Source: an uncultured Holophagales bacterium
GTDB taxonomy: Bacteria; Acidobacteriota; Thermoanaerobaculia; Multivoradales; UBA5704
Length of the DNA stretch: 64,000 nt
Direction of reading: 5' to 3'
Assembly: GCA_963842525.1 (NCBI GenBank)
Contig: CAWJGT010000001.1
Span: 1-64,000 of the forward strand
A model generated the notes under the pieces. That model worked only from the letters and a program-made list of their open reading frames with translations, did not search any database and was not told the origin of the DNA. The position numbers and the translations under genes were made by a program. This document shows, piece after piece, positions 59,997 to 64,000 of this stretch (its first letter is position 1; the number at the start of each line of letters is the position of its first letter).

Positions 59997-61734
59997 TCAC
60001 AGCGCCTCCACGCGCGCCCGCAGCCGGACGAGTCCCTCGTGGACCTGTTGGAGCTCGCTGTGGACATCGTTCAGCTTGTCGCGCTCGGCGCGGACGAAGC
60101 GGGTATAGGGGCCGATCGCCTCGTCGATCCGCCGCAGGCTGCTCTCGATCTCGCGGTCGAACTGGCTGGTCAGACCGGTCATGAGCTGCACGCGCAAGAG
60201 TCTCGATCTTCTGCCGCAGCTCCTTCTTGGCGTCGTGGCGGCGGTTGGGGATGATGAAGAAGCCGAGCACCGCGATCGTGCCCGCGGCGAGGATGCCGGT
60301 GACGTCGGCCGCGGCCGTCACTGCGATGTGGGTGAGGACGGCGCCGAGACCGATCGCCCCGACTTCCACCAGCGCCGTGCCCGCCACCGCCACCTGGACC
60401 GACTCGGCCAGCCGGTTCGCCTCGGCCTCCTTGTCGTAGCTCGCCACCGACTTCTGGGCCTCCCGCCCGGCGCTGTCGAGCAGGCGGGTGCGGCTGTAGT
60501 CGAAGCTCCGCCCGACCTGCCCGACGATGCGGTCGGCGTGCTCGTGCCGGCGCTTCTGGAGGTGGTCCATGACCGCCTGCCATTGCCGCAGGTCCGCGGC
60601 GACCATCCAGTCGATCACCTCCGACACCCGCCGCTCGATGAGCTGCGGCGCGTCGCCCACGACCTTCTGCTCGAAGTCCGCCTTCATCTTGGACTTGTTG
60701 AGCAGGTCGAGGAAGCGCGCGAGGCGCATGGTCTCGTCGAAGAAGGCCTCGCCGCGGTTCTCGAACTCGTGGAGGACGTTGTCCACGTCCGAGAGCCGGA
60801 AGCGGAACTCCCGCTTCATGTCCTCTTTATAGAGGGCGAGCTGGCGCTCGATGTCCTCCAGGGTGGTGAAGTCTTCCTTGAGGAGGTCGAGCCGGCCGTT
60901 CGGTTATCTGCAGGTACTTGCCCGACAGGTGGGCGGCCACGCCGAGCGGGTTCATGAGCTTGAGCCGCACCCGTTCCTTTTCGTCCAGGGTCTCGACGAG
61001 GTAGTGCTCCAGCTCCTCGAACCGGCTGCTGGCGAGGAGGGCCGCGTCGCCGTTAGTCTTGGCGCGCAGGGCCAGCCGGGCGGCCACGGGGAAGATCTGC
61101 GGGTGTGAAGCCCAGGAGGGCCTGGGCGTTGTCGGCGATGAAGGCGCGGATCCGCTCGACGTCCTGCGGGTCCTCCAGGATGTCGATCTTGTTGAGGACG
61201 ACCACGATCTTCTTGCCCCACTCGCGGATGCCCTGGAGGAAGGCGCGCTCGCTCTCGGTGAACGGGCGGTCGGCCGAGGTGACGAAGAGCACCATGTCCG
61301 AGCGGGGGACGAACTCGCGGGTGATCGCCTCGTGCTCGCGGTGGATGGCGTTGGTGCCCGGAGTGTCGACGATGTTGATGTCCTGGAGGAGGTCGACCGG
61401 CGCGGTGACGCCGGTCGAGGGCCGGCTCGAGGGTTTCGCGGGTGACCTCGGGGCCGTGCTGGATGAGGTGGATGCGGGTGGTGGTCGGGGTGACCCCCTC
61501 TTCGAGGACCTTGCTGCCGAACAGGGCGTTGATGAAGGCGCTCTTGCCGGCGTTGAACTCGCCGGCGATGACGAGGAGGAAGAGCTCGTCGAGCTGCCGG
61601 GCGGACCCCTGGAGGGTCTCCTGGTCCTCGGCCGAGGCGTCGAACCGCGCCAATGCCTGCCGGAGAGCTGCCACCAGCCGGCGGTTCTCGGCCAGCAGCT
61701 CCTCTTCCTTCTTTTTGAGGATCCTCCGCAGCAT
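59997..61734 (-). CDS. Bacterial dynamin-like GTPase (several frameshifts)
   Basis: GEFNAGKS, PTT, DTPGTN, NKID across three frames; helical stalk and TM hairpin. Confidence 0.85.
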
Positions 61735-61867
61735 CGGTCCCCCCACCCGGGGGACGATAGCACGGGGTGTGCCAGGGGGCGGGTGGATGCCTGGGCGAGG
61801 GTAAAGAAGGGGTGAAGAGATCAGCGCACCATCATGCCCGTCGGAGACCCGCCCGGCGACGCCCCGC

Positions 61868-61964
61868 CCGGCGATGAATCGCCGGGCTAGCAACAGCGCC
61901 CCATGAATGGGGCTTGAAGCCGGGTTCACCCGGCGCTGTTCCTAGCCCGGGCATTCATGCCCGG
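61868..61964. repeat. REP/MITE-like multi-hairpin element
   Basis: CCCGGCGATGAATCGCCGGG, GCCCCATGAATGGGGC, CCGGGTTCACCCGG, CCCGGGCATTCATGCCCGGG. Confidence 0.7.
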
Positions 61965-62086
61965 GTGGGGAGGCCGCGCCAGCCCACCCTCGAAACCTCT
62001 CCTCCGTCGCCACGTATTCACGGCCGGCGTTTTCCCTGGGCGCGATAGGATCTCTCTGCTCTGCTCTTTTCAAGGAGGCTGACTGC

Positions 62087-64000
62087 ATGCTCTTGCGTTT
62101 CTTGTCCCGCCGCGCCGCCGCGGCCTTCGTCGCCGTCCTGCTCCTGGCCCTGCCAGGCAACCTGACCGCGGCCGCGAAGCGGCCCATCACAGAGAAGGAC
62201 CTTTTCCAATTCGTCTGGATCGCCGACCCCCAGATCTCTCCGGATGGCAAACAGGTCGCCTTCGTACGGGTGACCGTCAATGCCAAGAAGGACGGCTACG
62301 ACACCGCGCTCTGGATGGTGTCCGCCGACGGCAGCACGCCGGCCCGGCCGTTCACCAACGGGCTGCGCGATGGCGCGCCGCGCTGGTCGCCGGACGGGAG
62401 GTGGATCGCCTTCGTCCGCCCCCCTGAGAAGGACGGCAAGGTCCAGGACCCGCAGATCCACCTGATCTCCGCCGCCGGAGGCGAGGCGTTCGCGATCACC
62501 GACATCCCGCAGGGGGCCGGTGCAGCGGTCTGGTCCCCGGACGGCAAGACGATCGCCTTCGAGGCTGCCGCCAACGAGAAGGACCTGGAGAAGAAGAGGA
62601 AGGAAAAGGACCGGCAGGGAAAGACCGGAGACGCCGCCGAGGAGGAGGAGCGCGCGAGCGACGTCCGCGTGATCACCCAGGCGATCTACCGTTTCAACGG
62701 CGCCGGGTATACCGACTTCACCCGGCATGCCCATCTCTGGACGGTGGACGTGCCCGCCCCTGGCGCCAAGCTCCCCGAGGCGCGACAGCTCACCCGGGGT
62801 GATTTCGACGAGTTCGGCCCCGTCTTCTCTCCCGACGGCTCGCGCCTGTACTACGCGACCGACCGCGTGAAGGAATCGTATTACGTCCTGCCGGACAACG
62901 ACCTCTGGGCCGTGCCGGCCCGCGGCGGCGAGCCCCGGCAGGCGGTCAGCATCAACGGCCCCATCGGCGATTTCGTCTTCTCTCCCGACGGCCGCCGCAT
63001 CGCCTTCACCGGTTTCCTCAACGCGGAGCCCGAGCGCTCCCACAACCAGTTGGACCTTTTCGTGGTCGACGCCCAGCCCGGATCGCAACCTGGGGATCAA
63101 CCGCGGAACCTGACGGCGGACTACGACTTCGACGTTGCCGAGGGGCTGGTGAGCGATCAGCACGCCCCCCGCGGCGGCCGGCCGCAGCCGGTCATCTGGA
63201 GCGCGGACGGCCGGTCCCTGATCGTTGCCACAGGCGAGCGGGGCCGGGTCAACCTGCAGCGTTTCGACGTGGCCACCGGCAAGGCCACGCCGGTCACCAC
63301 TGGGGACCAGGAAGTCGCGTCCTACACCGCGACTCCGGACGGCTCGCTGGTTGCGATGGTCGTTTCGACTCCCACCGTGATCGGCGACCTGTACGTGCTC
63401 GACACTGCCACGGGGAAGGTGAAATCGCTCGTGCAGCCGAACGAGGAGCTGTTCTCGCAGCTCGACCTGACCGCGCCCGAGGAGATCACCTACCCGAGCT
63501 TCGACGGCATGCAGATCCAGGGCTGGATCCAGAAGCCGCCGGGCTTCGATCCGCGGAAGAAGTACCCCTTCCTCCTCCAGATCCACGGCGGACCGCACGC
63601 CGCCCACGGCTACGCCTTCTTCCACGAAGTCCAGTGGATGGCGGCCAAGGGCTACGTCGTGCTCTATCCGAACCCTCGCGGGAGCTCGTCCTACGCGCAG
63701 GACTTCGGCAACGTCATCCAGTTCGAGTTCCCGGGCGACGACGCCAAGGACCTTCTGGCCGGCGTCGATGACATGGTCAAGCGGGGGTACGTCGATCCGA
63801 AGCGGCTCGGGGTGACCGGCGGCAGCGGCGGCGGCATCCTGACCAACTGGATCGTCACCCAGACCGACCGTTTCGCCGCCGCGGTCTCCCAGCGTTCGGT
63901 CTCCAACTGGGTCGACTTCTGGTACACGGCGGACTTCAGCCAGTTCACCAAGTTCTGGTTCCGCGGCGCGCCCTGGGAGAAGCCGGAGGACTTCGCCCGG
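62087..64000 (+). CDS. S9-family peptidase with beta-propeller (runs off the window; absent from the ORF track)
   Basis: AAGGAGG RBS; signal peptide; repeated SPDG; IHGGPH; NPRGS; GVTGGSGGG nucleophile motif. Confidence 0.92.
   Translation, partial: MLLRFLSRRAAAAFVAVLLLALPGNLTAAAKRPITEKDLFQFVWIADPQISPDGKQVAFVRVTVNAKKDGYDTALWMVSADGSTPARPFTNGLRDGAPRWSPDGRWIAFVRPPEKDGKVQDPQIHLISAAGGEAFAITDIPQGAGAAVWSPDGKTIAFEAAANEKDLEKKRKEKDRQGKTGDAAEEEERASDVRVITQAIYRFNGAGYTDFTRHAHLWTVDVPAPGAKLPEARQLTRGDFDEFGPVFSPDGSRLYYATDRVKESYYVLPDNDLWAVPARGGEPRQAVSINGPIGDFVFSPDGRRIAFTGFLNAEPERSHNQLDLFVVDAQPGSQPGDQPRNLTADYDFDVAEGLVSDQHAPRGGRPQPVIWSADGRSLIVATGERGRVNLQRFDVATGKATPVTTGDQEVASYTATPDGSLVAMVVSTPTVIGDLYVLDTATGKVKSLVQPNEELFSQLDLTAPEEITYPSFDGMQIQGWIQKPPGFDPRKKYPFLLQIHGGPHAAHGYAFFHEVQWMAAKGYVVLYPNPRGSSSYAQDFGNVIQFEFPGDDAKDLLAGVDDMVKRGYVDPKRLGVTGGSGGGILTNWIVTQTDRFAAAVSQRSVSNWVDFWYTADFSQFTKFWFRGAPWEKPEDFAR

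Overview
GC-rich bacterial window. The HTH-TPR regulators, 'DPxG' peptides and 21-bp repeat arrays suggest Acidobacteriota/Thermoanaerobaculia, but that is inference. About a dozen single-base frameshifts point to an unpolished long-read assembly. Housekeeping genes include an ABC exporter, a CASTOR/POLLUX-like channel, a hemolysin/CNNM protein, CIRCE-groES-groEL, M48 and S9 peptidases, an ALDH, ade, ampG and a dynamin-like GTPase. Four accessory systems stand out. (1) A lasso-peptide cluster (15741-31717) with precursor, cyclase, split B1/B2, an HPr-kinase-like enzyme and an unusual phosphoribosyltransferase-RRE fusion, wrapped around two large secreted SdrD-B-repeat proteins, with a SARP regulator and a sulfotransferase alongside. 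(2) A 7,784-bp cargo transposon (34437-42220) with IS1-like 31-bp terminal inverted repeats, an exact 8-bp target duplication, an IS1-family transposase, passenger genes and two nested IS. (3) An integrase-less integron cassette array (attC, AbiJ-like and nuclease-like cassettes) behind a tandemly duplicated promoter/attI-like unit. (4) Secreted multi-core GxxGxx[IV][DE]PxG peptides next to XRE-HTH/TPR regulators, resembling an RRNPP-like signalling system. Family calls come from motif recognition only; no database searches were run.
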